Source: Gemmatimonadota bacterium
Lineage (GTDB): Bacteria; Latescibacterota; UBA2968; UBA8231
Assembly (NCBI GenBank): GCA_038153405.1
Contig: JAYOYH010000054.1
Span: forward strand, 1-15,303
DNA length: 15,303 nt
Direction of reading: 5' to 3'
Below the pieces are notes generated by a model. That model was not told the DNA's origin. It was given only the letters and a program-made list of their open reading frames with translations, and searched no databases. The position numbers were made by a program, and so were the translations under genes. Positions within the stretch are counted from its first letter, which is position 1, and the number at the start of each line of letters is the position of its first letter. Below, one piece after another: positions 6,894 through 15,303 of this stretch.

Positions 6894-8186
6894 TTAAGGG
6901 TATAACCTTTGCAGCATGCGCGGGAATGGGATCGTCTCCCGAACGTGCTTTAATCCGCAAAGCCAGGCTACGACCCGCTCAATCCCCATGCCAAAGCCGG
7001 CGTGGGGGACCGTGCCATAACGACGCAGATCGGTATACCACTGAAAAGCTTCCGGGGGCAGTTCGTGCTCGTTAATTTTTCGCTCGAGAACGGCCAATTC
7101 ATCTTCCCTCTGGCCTCCCCCGATAATCTCACCATAGCCCTCAGGAGCCAGCATATCTACACAAAGCGCCAAGCGACTATCGTCGGGATCTTCTTTCATG
7201 TAAAACGCCTTGACATCAAGTGGATAGCGATGCACTAGTATCGGTGCATCATATTGTTCTGAAAGGAGCGTTTCGTCGTCTCCCCCCAAATCGGCCCCCC
7301 ACTCGATATCGCTGCCCAAAGCTCTCAGTTGTACTAGCGCTTCGTCATAGGAAAGTCGGGGGAAAGGCAGGCTGATTTTTTCCAGTTTATCAATATCTCG
7401 CTCGAGCACTTTAAGCTCTTCCCGACGGCGCTCAAGGACCCGCTGCACGATATAGTAAACAAACTCCTCGGCAATCCGCATATCTCCGTCTAAATCGCAG
7501 TACGCCATTTCTGGCTCGATCATCCAAAACTCCGTTAGATGACGTCGAGTTTTAGACTTCTCTGCGCGAAAGGTTGGGCCAAAGCAATAAACATTGCCAA
7601 AGGCCATAGCCGCCGCTTCCATATAGAGCTGGCCACTTTGGGTCAGATAGGCTTTCTGATCAAAGTAGTCCGTTTCAAAAAGCGTCGAAGTTCCTTCGCA
7701 GGCGGCCGGCGTAAAAATGGGCGCATCGATAAGGGTAAAATCGCGCTCTTCCATGAAGTCCCGACACGCTTTACAGATTTCGCTGCGGACTTTGAGTATG
7801 GCATGAGGACGCGAAGAGCGCAGCCAGAGGTGTCGATGGTCAAGCAGGAAGGATACCCCGTGTTCTTTGGGCGTAATGGGATACTCGCCGCTTTCGCCCA
7901 CGAGTTCGACGCGGACAACGCCGAGCTCAAAACCAATCGGCGAGCGCTCGTCCTTGCGCACCACCCCCGAAACGACAAGGGATGATTCCTGCTGAAGCTG
8001 CGAGCACCGTTCAAATACATCGGGCTCTACGTCGCCCTTAAAAACGACACACTGGATAATACCGCTGCCGTCGCGCAGCTGTATGAAGTGCAACTTACCA
8101 CTCGATCGCTTGTTGTACACCCAACCGCAAAGCTGGACCTCGCAACTTTCATACTTTCCGATGTCTGCAATGCGCACTCGTTCCAT
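6894..8186 (-). CDS. asnS: Asparagine--tRNA ligase
   Basis: OB-fold [31 protein letters not shown], motif 2 [35 protein letters not shown], motif 3 [18 protein letters not shown] upstream. Confidence 0.97.
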   Translation of the reverse strand: MERVRIADIGKYESCEVQLCGWVYNKRSSGKLHFIQLRDGSGIIQCVVFKGDVEPDVFERCSQLQQESSLVVSGVVRKDERSPIGFELGVVRVELVGESGEYPITPKEHGVSFLLDHRHLWLRSSRPHAILKVRSEICKACRDFMEERDFTLIDAPIFTPAACEGTSTLFETDYFDQKAYLTQSGQLYMEAAAMAFGNVYCFGPTFRAEKSKTRRHLTEFWMIEPEMAYCDLDGDMRIAEEFVYYIVQRVLERRREELKVLERDIDKLEKISLPFPRLSYDEALVQLRALGSDIEWGADLGGDDETLLSEQYDAPILVHRYPLDVKAFYMKEDPDDSRLALCVDMLAPEGYGEIIGGGQREDELAVLERKINEHELPPEAFQWYTDLRRYGTVPHAGFGMGIERVVAWLCGLKHVRETIPFPRMLQRLYP

Positions 8187-8202
8187 AGGTTCTCCACTAT
8201 AT

Positions 8203-8236
8203 GGAAAAGACTATCGGATTTACCTCCGATAGTCTT
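8203..8236 (-). terminator. Probable intrinsic terminator downstream of pnp
   Basis: Perfect 12-bp stem AAGACTATCGGA (8207-8218) / TCCGATAGTCTT (8225-8236) with a 6-nt loop, ending in a short TTTT run on the minus strand. Confidence 0.6.
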
Positions 8237-8258
8237 GCCCTGTAGTTAAAAAGATGCG

Positions 8259-8292
8259 AACGCTCCCTCTGCCACTAGCGCGAGCGTTTTTT
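8259..8292. terminator. Second, imperfect hairpin just after the pnp stop
   Basis: AACGCTC...GAGCGTT stem with internal mismatches; its T6 run lies on the plus strand. Confidence 0.35.
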
Positions 8293-8300
8293 ATTGCCCG

Positions 8301-10373
8301 TTACTTGTCGATAAGTGCCTTATGGCTAAGTCGCATCTTGCCGCCGGTATCAATCTCGAGGACCTTGACCTGTATGGTATCGCCCTCGGAAACGATATCT
8401 TCGACCTTTTCAACGCGGCGATGAGCCATCTCAGAAATGTGTAACAGGCCTTCCTTGCCCGGTAGAATCTCGACAAAGGCGCCAAACGGCATAATGCGCT
8501 TTACCGTGCCGCGATATTCTTTGCCGATCTCCGCTTCCGCCGTAATCGCTTCGATCATGCGACGCGCCTCTTCGGCGGGTGCAGCCTCAACGGACGACAG
8601 GGTTATCGTACCGTCGTCATCGACGTTTACGGTGGCACCGGTCTTTTCGATCTCGCGAATCATCTTGCCACCTGGTCCGATAACGGCACCAATTTTGGAC
8701 ACGGGAATCTTGATATACTCGATGCGCGGTGCCCAGCGCGATAACTCGCTGCGCGATTGGCCGATCGTAGCATTCATAATATCAATGATGTGCTTGCGTC
8801 CGGCCTTGGCCCGTTCGAGGGCAAGCTGGAGGATATCAAAGCGAATCCCCTGGATTTTTATATCCATCTGAATGGCGGTAATGCCATCGTCAGTACCGGC
8901 CACCTTGAGATCCATATCGCCGAGGAAATCTTCCGCCCCCTGAATATCGGTGAGCAATTCCCACTCATCGCCCTCCATCACGAGGCCGACGCCGGCACCA
9001 CAAACGGCTGATTTGACCGGGATACCGGCATCCATCAGCGCCATCGAACAGCCACAGACTGTAGCCATCGAAGAAGAGCTATTCGACTCGGTAATATCGG
9101 ATACCAAGCGGATCGTATAAGGAAACGAATCGACCGTTGGTATAACCGGCTCAATGGCGCGTTCGGCCAGGTGCCCATGACCGATATCGCGACGCCCTGG
9201 ACCGCGTTCAAAACGCACTTCGCCCACGCTGTAGGCGGGGAAGTTGTAGTCCAAGTAATAGGATTTAAAGCTCTTGCCGCGCAAATCATCGACCAGGCGT
9301 TCATCGAGCTTGGTTCCCAGGGTGGCCACGCATAGCGCCTGCGTTTGCCCGCGCGTAAACAGCGCCGATCCATGCGTGCGCGGCAACACCTGATTTTCGC
9401 ATGTGACCTGACGGACCTCGTCGAGAGCTCTGCCATCAATGCGCCGCTTTTCCTTGATAATCATGGTGCGCATATCGGATTTGACGAGCTCGTAGACGGC
9501 GTCGCCAATTGCCTTGTCGGATTCGGGAAAGCGTTCGGCCAACGCCGCTTTTGTATCGGCCGTAAGTGCACTGATCAACTCATCGCGCTCTTCCTTGACC
9601 TTTGTGCGGTTGGCCTCTTTAACCCGCTCCGCACCGAACTCAGCCACGGCGGCAATCAGCTCTTCGTTGACCGGTTCCGGCTCTAAAACGAGCTTGGCCT
9701 TGCCGACGGCTGCGACCAATTCATTCTGAAAGGACACCAGTTGGCGAATGGACTCATGACCGAACTTCAGCGCATCAACGAGTTCCTCTTCGGAAACTTC
9801 GTGGGCGCCGCCCTCAACGCTGGCGATCGAATCCTCAGTGCCGGAAACAATCAGGTCCATATCGCTGTCTTCGAGCTGAGTATGGGTTGGGTTAATTACA
9901 AACTCGCCGTTTATCCTTCCCACGCGCACGGCCCCCATTGGGCCGGCAAAGGGTATGTCGGATACGCACAGGGCCGCCGACGCCCCCAGCATGCCCAATA
10001 CGTCGGCATCGTTTTCTCCGTCCGAGGAAAGGATCGAAATATACACCTGTATCTCGTAGGGAAACTTCTTGGGAAACATCGGACGTATCTGGTGGTCGGT
10101 CAGGCGCGCGCTCAGCGTCTCCTTTTCGGAAGGGCGACTTTCGCGCTTGAATATATTGCCCGGAATGCGACCACTTGCGTAGGCTTTTTCGCGATAGTCG
10201 ACGATCAGTGGGAGAAATCCGCGATCTTCAGGGGTACTGGTGCGACATGCCGTGACGAGGACTACGGTTTCGCCGTATTGAATCCACACAGCGCCATTGG
10301 CCTGCTTGGCAATACGCCCCGTTTCAAAGGATAGCGTGCGGCCACCCAATTGGGTTTCAAACTTTTGACTCAT
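8301..10373 (-). CDS. pnp: Polyribonucleotide nucleotidyltransferase (PNPase)
   Basis: 690 aa. ETGRIAKQANGAV, RIDGR, LPRTHGSALFTRGQTQ, GDMDLKVAG, KH domain IGAVIGPGGKMIREI, S1 domain FGAFVEILPGKEGLLHISE. Lies downstream of rpsO. Confidence 0.98.
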   Translation of the reverse strand: MSQKFETQLGGRTLSFETGRIAKQANGAVWIQYGETVVLVTACRTSTPEDRGFLPLIVDYREKAYASGRIPGNIFKRESRPSEKETLSARLTDHQIRPMFPKKFPYEIQVYISILSSDGENDADVLGMLGASAALCVSDIPFAGPMGAVRVGRINGEFVINPTHTQLEDSDMDLIVSGTEDSIASVEGGAHEVSEEELVDALKFGHESIRQLVSFQNELVAAVGKAKLVLEPEPVNEELIAAVAEFGAERVKEANRTKVKEERDELISALTADTKAALAERFPESDKAIGDAVYELVKSDMRTMIIKEKRRIDGRALDEVRQVTCENQVLPRTHGSALFTRGQTQALCVATLGTKLDERLVDDLRGKSFKSYYLDYNFPAYSVGEVRFERGPGRRDIGHGHLAERAIEPVIPTVDSFPYTIRLVSDITESNSSSSMATVCGCSMALMDAGIPVKSAVCGAGVGLVMEGDEWELLTDIQGAEDFLGDMDLKVAGTDDGITAIQMDIKIQGIRFDILQLALERAKAGRKHIIDIMNATIGQSRSELSRWAPRIEYIKIPVSKIGAVIGPGGKMIREIEKTGATVNVDDDGTITLSSVEAAPAEEARRMIEAITAEAEIGKEYRGTVKRIMPFGAFVEILPGKEGLLHISEMAHRRVEKVEDIVSEGDTIQVKVLEIDTGGKMRLSHKALIDK

Positions 10374-10402
10374 TATTAAACTCTCGTTTCGAATAAATTA
10401 AC

Positions 10403-10669
10403 TCAGCGCCTCAGGCCCAACTCTTTGATCATTTCCGCGTATGCTTCTGGATTCTTGCGCTGAAAATAGGCCTGCAACCTACGACGCTTGCCGATCAGCT
10501 TGAGCAGTCCACGGCGCGAGCCAAAGTCCTTCTTCTGCACGCGCAGGTGCTCGGTAAGGTTGTTGATGCGCTCGGTGAGAATGGCAATTTGTGCAGGGGC
10601 CGCACCCGACCCCTCTTCCTTGCCAAACTTTTCAACTATTTCCTTCGTTTTCTCTGCAGTTATAGACAC
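10403..10669 (-). CDS. rpsO: 30S ribosomal protein S15
   Basis: 88 aa with [16 protein letters not shown]...[20 protein letters not shown]...LGLRR. GTG start with GGAGG RBS. Confidence 0.98.
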   Translation of the reverse strand: MSITAEKTKEIVEKFGKEEGSGAAPAQIAILTERINNLTEHLRVQKKDFGSRRGLLKLIGKRRRLQAYFQRKNPEAYAEMIKELGLRR

Positions 10670-10694
10670 GGTTACCTTCCTCCATCCTGATGAG

Positions 10695-11117
10695 TTATTC
10701 TTCTCTGCATTTGGTCATGAGTTGTCGCGTTCGCCGTATATCGTCAGCGATTTGCTCCTTTAGCTGCTCTGCGGATGCAAAGGCCTTTTCGGGCCGCAAA
10801 AAATCGGTCAGTTCGACGCGTAGATGACGCCCATAAATATCTTCAAAAAAATCAATTATGTGAAGTTCTAAGATGGCCTGGCCATCCGATTTAAACGTCG
10901 GCCGCCGTCCCCAATTGGCTACGGCGGCGTAGGCGACGTCCCCTTCGATACAGACGGAAGCAGCATATACGCCCAATGCGCGGTCAACAAGACCGTCGCT
11001 CCCATCGTCCACGCGCACATTAGCGGTGGGAAAGCCGATCTGGCGTCCGCGTCCATCGCCGCGGATCACTTGCCCGGCAAGAAGCAGCGCGCGGCCGTCT
11101 ACAGAGGGCAGCGCCAT
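10695..11117 (-). CDS. Monofunctional riboflavin kinase (C-terminal domain of RibF only)
   Basis: [61 protein letters not shown] at 11117 overlaps the truB stop (TGATG), giving 140 aa. Confidence 0.9.
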   Translation of the reverse strand: MALPSVDGRALLLAGQVIRGDGRGRQIGFPTANVRVDDGSDGLVDRALGVYAASVCIEGDVAYAAVANWGRRPTFKSDGQAILELHIIDFFEDIYGRHLRVELTDFLRPEKAFASAEQLKEQIADDIRRTRQLMTKCREE

Positions 11118-12034
11118 CAATGGACACCGGCCCATTGGCCGGTATTTAATACGACCGTGGGGTGCAAATAGCCCTCTTCCAAACGCCCCATCCCATAGAG
11201 CAACCCACTGGAGTCAAATACCGCGCAATCGCCCACCTGTCGGTTAATTTCGACGGGCACGACGTTGCCATGCTCAAAACGCTGCAGATCGCTGTCTATA
11301 CTCAGTTCGATGTGCTGAACCGCGCCGAGGGCCATACGCGTGCAATAGAATTGGTCAGCCAGCGTTCCCTCTTCAACATGGCGTTCGATCTGGGCGAGCG
11401 TCAGCGCATGTTCTACGCCCATCGCCCCAATGGCCGTGCGCCGTAGTCCGGACAGATGCGCTCCACAACCCAATTTATTTCCCAAATCGCGCGCCAATGA
11501 GCGAATATAGGTTCCCTTAGAACAGTGGACGGCCACTTCGAGATGGGGAAAGGCGAAGTCTAAAATGCTGAAATCGTCGATCCGCACGGTGCGCGCCTGT
11601 AGCGGAGTCTCTCGCCCGCTGCGCGCCAACTTATGACTGCGCACGCCCGCCACTTTTACCGCAGAATAAGCAGGAGGGACCTGCTGTATTTCGCCGAGAA
11701 ATTGTTCGGCGCATTCCTCGAGCATTGCCAGCGAAATATCCCCTTGGAAATCCGTGCTTTCCACTGCTCCTTCGGCATCGTCCGTAGTGCTGGTAGCCCC
11801 CAGTGTTATAGTGGCCCGATACTGCTTGTCGGCGGCCGTTAACCAAGGGTTGAGCCGGGTGTAATTACCGATGCACAGGACCATCAATCCCGTGGCCATT
11901 GGGTCCAGCGTGCCGCAGTGACCAATCCGCCGCATGCCCAGCAGTCGCCGCAGTGCCGCCACGACGTCGTGCGAGGTGGGCCCCTGCTCTTTGTCGACGA
12001 GCAGCAACCCCGTTTGCCCGTTGCTACTGCCCAT
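11117..12034 (-). CDS. truB: tRNA pseudouridine(55) synthase
   Basis: LLVDKEQGPTSHDVV, GHCGTLDPMATG (catalytic Asp), QVPPAYSAVKV, CSKGTYIRSLARDLG, LRRT. Start placed at ATG 12034, overlapping the rbfA end; the ORF track starts at 12058. Confidence 0.96.
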   Translation of the reverse strand: MGSSNGQTGLLLVDKEQGPTSHDVVAALRRLLGMRRIGHCGTLDPMATGLMVLCIGNYTRLNPWLTAADKQYRATITLGATSTTDDAEGAVESTDFQGDISLAMLEECAEQFLGEIQQVPPAYSAVKVAGVRSHKLARSGRETPLQARTVRIDDFSILDFAFPHLEVAVHCSKGTYIRSLARDLGNKLGCGAHLSGLRRTAIGAMGVEHALTLAQIERHVEEGTLADQFYCTRMALGAVQHIELSIDSDLQRFEHGNVVPVEINRQVGDCAVFDSSGLLYGMGRLEEGYLHPTVVLNTGQWAGVH

Positions 12035-12380
12035 TCTCGGCAACGCCCAGCTCATCAATCAGCGACAGCACGCGCGCAGCGCGCTCGGCTGTCTGGTCGT
12101 ATTCCACGCGAAATTCGGGGGCATAACGCAGGTGGATTCGCTGTGCGACCTCACTGCGTAAATGTCCCGAAGCCTTGCGCAGGGCTTTTAACGCCGAGCG
12201 CTTTTCCTCATCGTCGCCGATTAGGCTAATGTAAACCGTGGCGATACTCAGATCTTTCGTCACTGCGACATCGCAAATATTGACCCCTTGCACGCGAGGA
12301 TCTTTCATGCGCTTAACGATATCGCTCACTTCGCGCAGCATTTGTCCCTGAATCCTGCCCAATCGCTGTGGAGAGGCCAT
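12024..12380 (-). CDS. rbfA: Ribosome-binding factor A
   Basis: 118 aa with KDPRV, VTKDLSIATVY, ASGHLRSEVAQRIHLRYAPEFRVEYD; canonical position between infB and truB. Confidence 0.96.
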   Translation of the reverse strand: MASPQRLGRIQGQMLREVSDIVKRMKDPRVQGVNICDVAVTKDLSIATVYISLIGDDEEKRSALKALRKASGHLRSEVAQRIHLRYAPEFRVEYDQTAERAARVLSLIDELGVAENGQ

Positions 12381-12383
12381 GGC

Positions 12384-12665
12384 CTAGTACACCTCCATAT
12401 CGTAGGCAACCAATTCGATGCGCAAATCTTTCTCTAACAAATTAACCACTTTCGAGAGCACTTCGTTGGCATGCCGCACCTGATTGCTAACCGTTACAAT
12501 GCCCAGCGATGCTCTTTGCCACAACTCGTTATGATCGACCTCGGCTACGGCCACATTAAAGGCACTGCGAATTCTATCGACGAGGCTTTTTACGACGCGC
12601 CTCTTATCTTTTAGCGAGCTACTTTCCAGTAGATAGAGCTCGATATGACAGCCCATTACGATCAC
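12384..12665 (-). CDS. DUF503 (YlxP-like) protein
   Basis: 93 aa with SLKDKRRVVKSL...FNVAVAEVDHNELWQRASLG; typical position between infB and rbfA. GTG start. Confidence 0.9.
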   Translation of the reverse strand: MIVMGCHIELYLLESSSLKDKRRVVKSLVDRIRSAFNVAVAEVDHNELWQRASLGIVTVSNQVRHANEVLSKVVNLLEKDLRIELVAYDMEVY

Positions 12666-12683
12666 GCGAGTCAGACGTTCTTC

Positions 12684-15131
12684 TTATAGCGTACGCACGG
12701 TTTCGACCATGACGAGCGCTTGTATGATATCGCCTTCCTGAATGGCGTTAAAGCCGTCAATTCCGATACCGCACTCAAAGCCTTCATTGACCTCGCGCAC
12801 ATCGTCTTTGAAGCGCCGCAGGGAGGCGATAGAACCGGTAAATACGGCCTCGCCATCGCGCGTCACGCGCACCTGATTATTGCGAGTAATCCGTCCATTT
12901 TGCACCATGCACCCGGCAATCGTGCCCGCCCGAGAAGACGAGAAAACCTGACGCACTTCAGCACTGCCGACGACCTGCTCATCGAGGGAGGGGGTCAGAA
13001 GGCCTGACAGTGCGGCCCGAACCTCTTCGACGACTTCGTAGATTACTTTATAATTGCGAATTTCCACCCCTTCAAATTGGGCCATTTCCCGCGTGGCAGG
13101 TTCTGTCTGCACGTGAAAGCCCAAAATGATGGCATGGGAAGCCGAGGCCAATAGCACGTCTGACTCAGAAATGGCGCCCACGCCACTGTGAATTACGTTG
13201 ACCCGCACTTCATCATGGGTAATTCCGCCCAATTCCTGGGCAATGGCTTCGACCGAACCGTCCACATCGCCCTTGACTATAACGCGTAGCTCTTTTACGT
13301 GACCCTGCTGTATTTGGTCGTGCAGGTCGCTCAGGGTAACAGAGCGCATGCGACGGTGGTCTTGCTCGCGCTTGATGAGCTGGCGACGCAGGCTGAGTTC
13401 TTTCCCCTCGCGCTCGGAACGGGTGACGGCAAAGGTATCTCCAGCCTGGGGCACGCCCGGCAAACCCAGTACTTGTACAGGGGTGGATGGGCCCGCTTCT
13501 TTGACTCGCTCGCCGAGCTCATTCATCAACGCGCGAACCCTGCTACTGTATACCCCCGTTATAAAGGGATCACCTTCGCGCAGTGTGCCCTCTTGCACCA
13601 GTACGGTGGCAACGGGACCGCGGCCCTTGTCCAACTTCGCCTCGATAATCGTCCCGCGCGCCATTTTATCGGGGACCGCTTTCAATTCTAACAGCTCCGA
13701 TTCGAGCATGAGAACTTCCAGCAGCTGATCTATCGACTGGCCCGTTTTTGCAGAAATTCCTACACAGGGAACCTTGCCGCCCCATTCTTCGACTAGTACA
13801 TCGCGCTCGGCCAGTTCGCGCTTGATCTTGTCGATATCGGCAGTGGGCAGATCGATCTTGTTGATGGCCACGACAATGGGCACCTGCGCTGCGCGCGCGT
13901 GATCTATAGCCTCGATCGTTTGCGGCATAACGCTGTCGTCAGCGGCAACGACGAGAATGACTATGTCGGTGACGCGCGAACCGCGCGCGCGCATAGCGGT
14001 GAAAGCCGCGTGGCCAGGCGTATCCAAAAAAGTCACGGTGCCGCCATCGGGAAGAGCCACCGAATAAGCGCCAATGTGCTGCGTAATGCCTCCCGATTCG
14101 CCGGCGGCTACATTGGCTTTACGCAGATGGTCTAATAGGGACGTTTTGCCGTGATCGACGTGTCCCATAACCGTGACGACCGGGGAACGGGGTTCGGGAT
14201 TGCCGACCTCTTCCTCTTCCTGCAGGTCGTCAATTTCAACTTCTTCTTCCTCATCAACGGCAACGACGGTGTAGCCAAACTCATCGGCGACCGTCTGCAT
14301 GGTGTCCATATCGAGGCGCTGGTTAATGGTAGCCATGACCCCGAGTTGCAAACAGATGCCGATGACTTCATTTGGTTTGGCTCCAAGTTGCTCAGCAAAC
14401 TGTCCAAGCGTTATGAACTCGCTGATTTTAAGTTCTCTATTCTCCTGCTCTTCGCCCCCTTCATCTTCCCGCCCGCCGCGATCATACCGCCGGCGCACGC
14501 GCCCCTCGTTGAGCTGGGTAAGGGTACGACGCAGGTTGTCTTGGACTTCTTTAGCGTCAACCGTAGCACCGCCGCCACCGCCACCGCGACGCCGCTTAGC
14601 TCCCCCTCGGCGCCTACCTCCGCGATCATCGACTGGAGGTGCTGTGGAACGGGCCGTAACCTCGCGCTTCTCCGTCAGTTCTTCGCGCACCCCCTGAACG
14701 GGGTCGCCCTCGCGCTTTCCGCGACGCTTACTTCTCTTGCGCACCCCGTCTTCCTTTTCGGGTACGGGCGCGTTCACAGGCGCGTTCCCAGATCCGCCTC
14801 CACTCCGCCCACCACCGGCCGGCGCACCGCCTTCTCGACGCCGTGCTCCGCCCGCACTGGGACGGCTGCTGGCAGCGGCAGCGGGGGCCTTTTCGGCAAC
14901 CGGCACATCGCTTTGCTTGCGGCTCTCTTCTTTGGCCTTCTGCCGCTTGACCTCTTCAATCGAGCTCTGCTTTTCTTCCTGGATTTTCCGCGTGATAGCG
15001 CCGAGCATTTCCTCGCTGACTACGCTCATATGACTTTTGACTTCAAAGTTCATGTCCTTGAGCATAGAAATCAGGGCATCGCTAGAAAGTTTTTGCTCTT
15101 TTGCTACCTGATATACCCTGCGCTTTTCCAA
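12684..15131 (-). CDS. infB: Translation initiation factor IF-2
   Basis: 815 aa. N-terminal RVYQVAKE, G1 [19 protein letters not shown]3 DTPGH, G4 [15 protein letters not shown]-terminal [21 protein letters not shown] start with AGGGAG RBS. Confidence 0.98.
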   Translation of the reverse strand: MEKRRVYQVAKEQKLSSDALISMLKDMNFEVKSHMSVVSEEMLGAITRKIQEEKQSSIEEVKRQKAKEESRKQSDVPVAEKAPAAAASSRPSAGGARRREGGAPAGGGRSGGGSGNAPVNAPVPEKEDGVRKRSKRRGKREGDPVQGVREELTEKREVTARSTAPPVDDRGGRRRGGAKRRRGGGGGGATVDAKEVQDNLRRTLTQLNEGRVRRRYDRGGREDEGGEEQENRELKISEFITLGQFAEQLGAKPNEVIGICLQLGVMATINQRLDMDTMQTVADEFGYTVVAVDEEEEVEIDDLQEEEEVGNPEPRSPVVTVMGHVDHGKTSLLDHLRKANVAAGESGGITQHIGAYSVALPDGGTVTFLDTPGHAAFTAMRARGSRVTDIVILVVAADDSVMPQTIEAIDHARAAQVPIVVAINKIDLPTADIDKIKRELAERDVLVEEWGGKVPCVGISAKTGQSIDQLLEVLMLESELLELKAVPDKMARGTIIEAKLDKGRGPVATVLVQEGTLREGDPFITGVYSSRVRALMNELGERVKEAGPSTPVQVLGLPGVPQAGDTFAVTRSEREGKELSLRRQLIKREQDHRRMRSVTLSDLHDQIQQGHVKELRVIVKGDVDGSVEAIAQELGGITHDEVRVNVIHSGVGAISESDVLLASASHAIILGFHVQTEPATREMAQFEGVEIRNYKVIYEVVEEVRAALSGLLTPSLDEQVVGSAEVRQVFSSSRAGTIAGCMVQNGRITRNNQVRVTRDGEAVFTGSIASLRRFKDDVREVNEGFECGIGIDGFNAIQEGDIIQALVMVETVRTL

Positions 15132-15168
15132 GAATGCACTCCCTTTTTAGGTTCTCGTTACTACCAGG

Positions 15169-15303
15169 CTAGACAGCCGCTTGTTCGTCTTGGCTCGAGG
15201 CTTCACCGCTGTCCTGCTCGCTGGCATCCTCGCCATCTTCTTTGCCCGTTTCCGGAGCAGGTTCAGATACTGCATCCGCAGCGCTTTCAGATACCGTTTC
15301 CGC
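15169..15303 (-). CDS. 3' end of the upstream gene (acidic low-complexity tail), probably NusA
   Basis: Open frame from the window edge: AETVSESAADAVSEPAPETGKEDGEDASEQDSGEASSQDEQAAV then TAG at 15169-15171. Identity is inferred only from the usual nusA-infB order. Confidence 0.55.
   Translation of the reverse strand, partial: AETVSESAADAVSEPAPETGKEDGEDASEQDSGEASSQDEQAAV

Noticed and set aside
8207..8236. 12-6-12 inverted repeat as another recombinase site
   Set aside because: It lacks the ATAA-N6-TTAT core; its position after pnp and the following T-run fit an RNA hairpin.
8187..8300. T-box riboswitch upstream of asnS-leuS
   Set aside because: The gap is too short and lacks the GGTGGNACCGCG T-box motif and a specifier stem.
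14480..14900. Gly/Arg/Ala-rich low-complexity stretch with GCC/CCG repeats in infB
   Set aside because: Ordinary variable N-terminal linker of IF-2.

Overview
Bacterial chromosomal window in two parts. From 3943 to 15303 is a minus-strand housekeeping run: probable nusA 3' end, infB, DUF503, rbfA, truB, a riboflavin kinase, rpsO, pnp, asnS and leuS. From 1 to about 3940 is a visibly more AT-rich accessory block with a membrane HAMP-HisKA-HATPase sensor kinase, a single-domain response regulator and a divergent XerC/D-like tyrosine recombinase. The most notable signal is three 11-6-11 Xer/dif-geometry sites. One is a perfect palindrome at 423-454. The other two are directly repeated dif-like sites (3883-3910 and 6843-6870) that share an identical XerD-like arm (TTATGTAAATG) and bracket leuS exactly. 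Other oddities are a kinase-only gene in the usual ribF slot, a KMGKR variant of the LeuRS KMSKS motif, and substitutions in normally conserved PNPase motifs. All calls come from reading motifs by eye; no searches were run.
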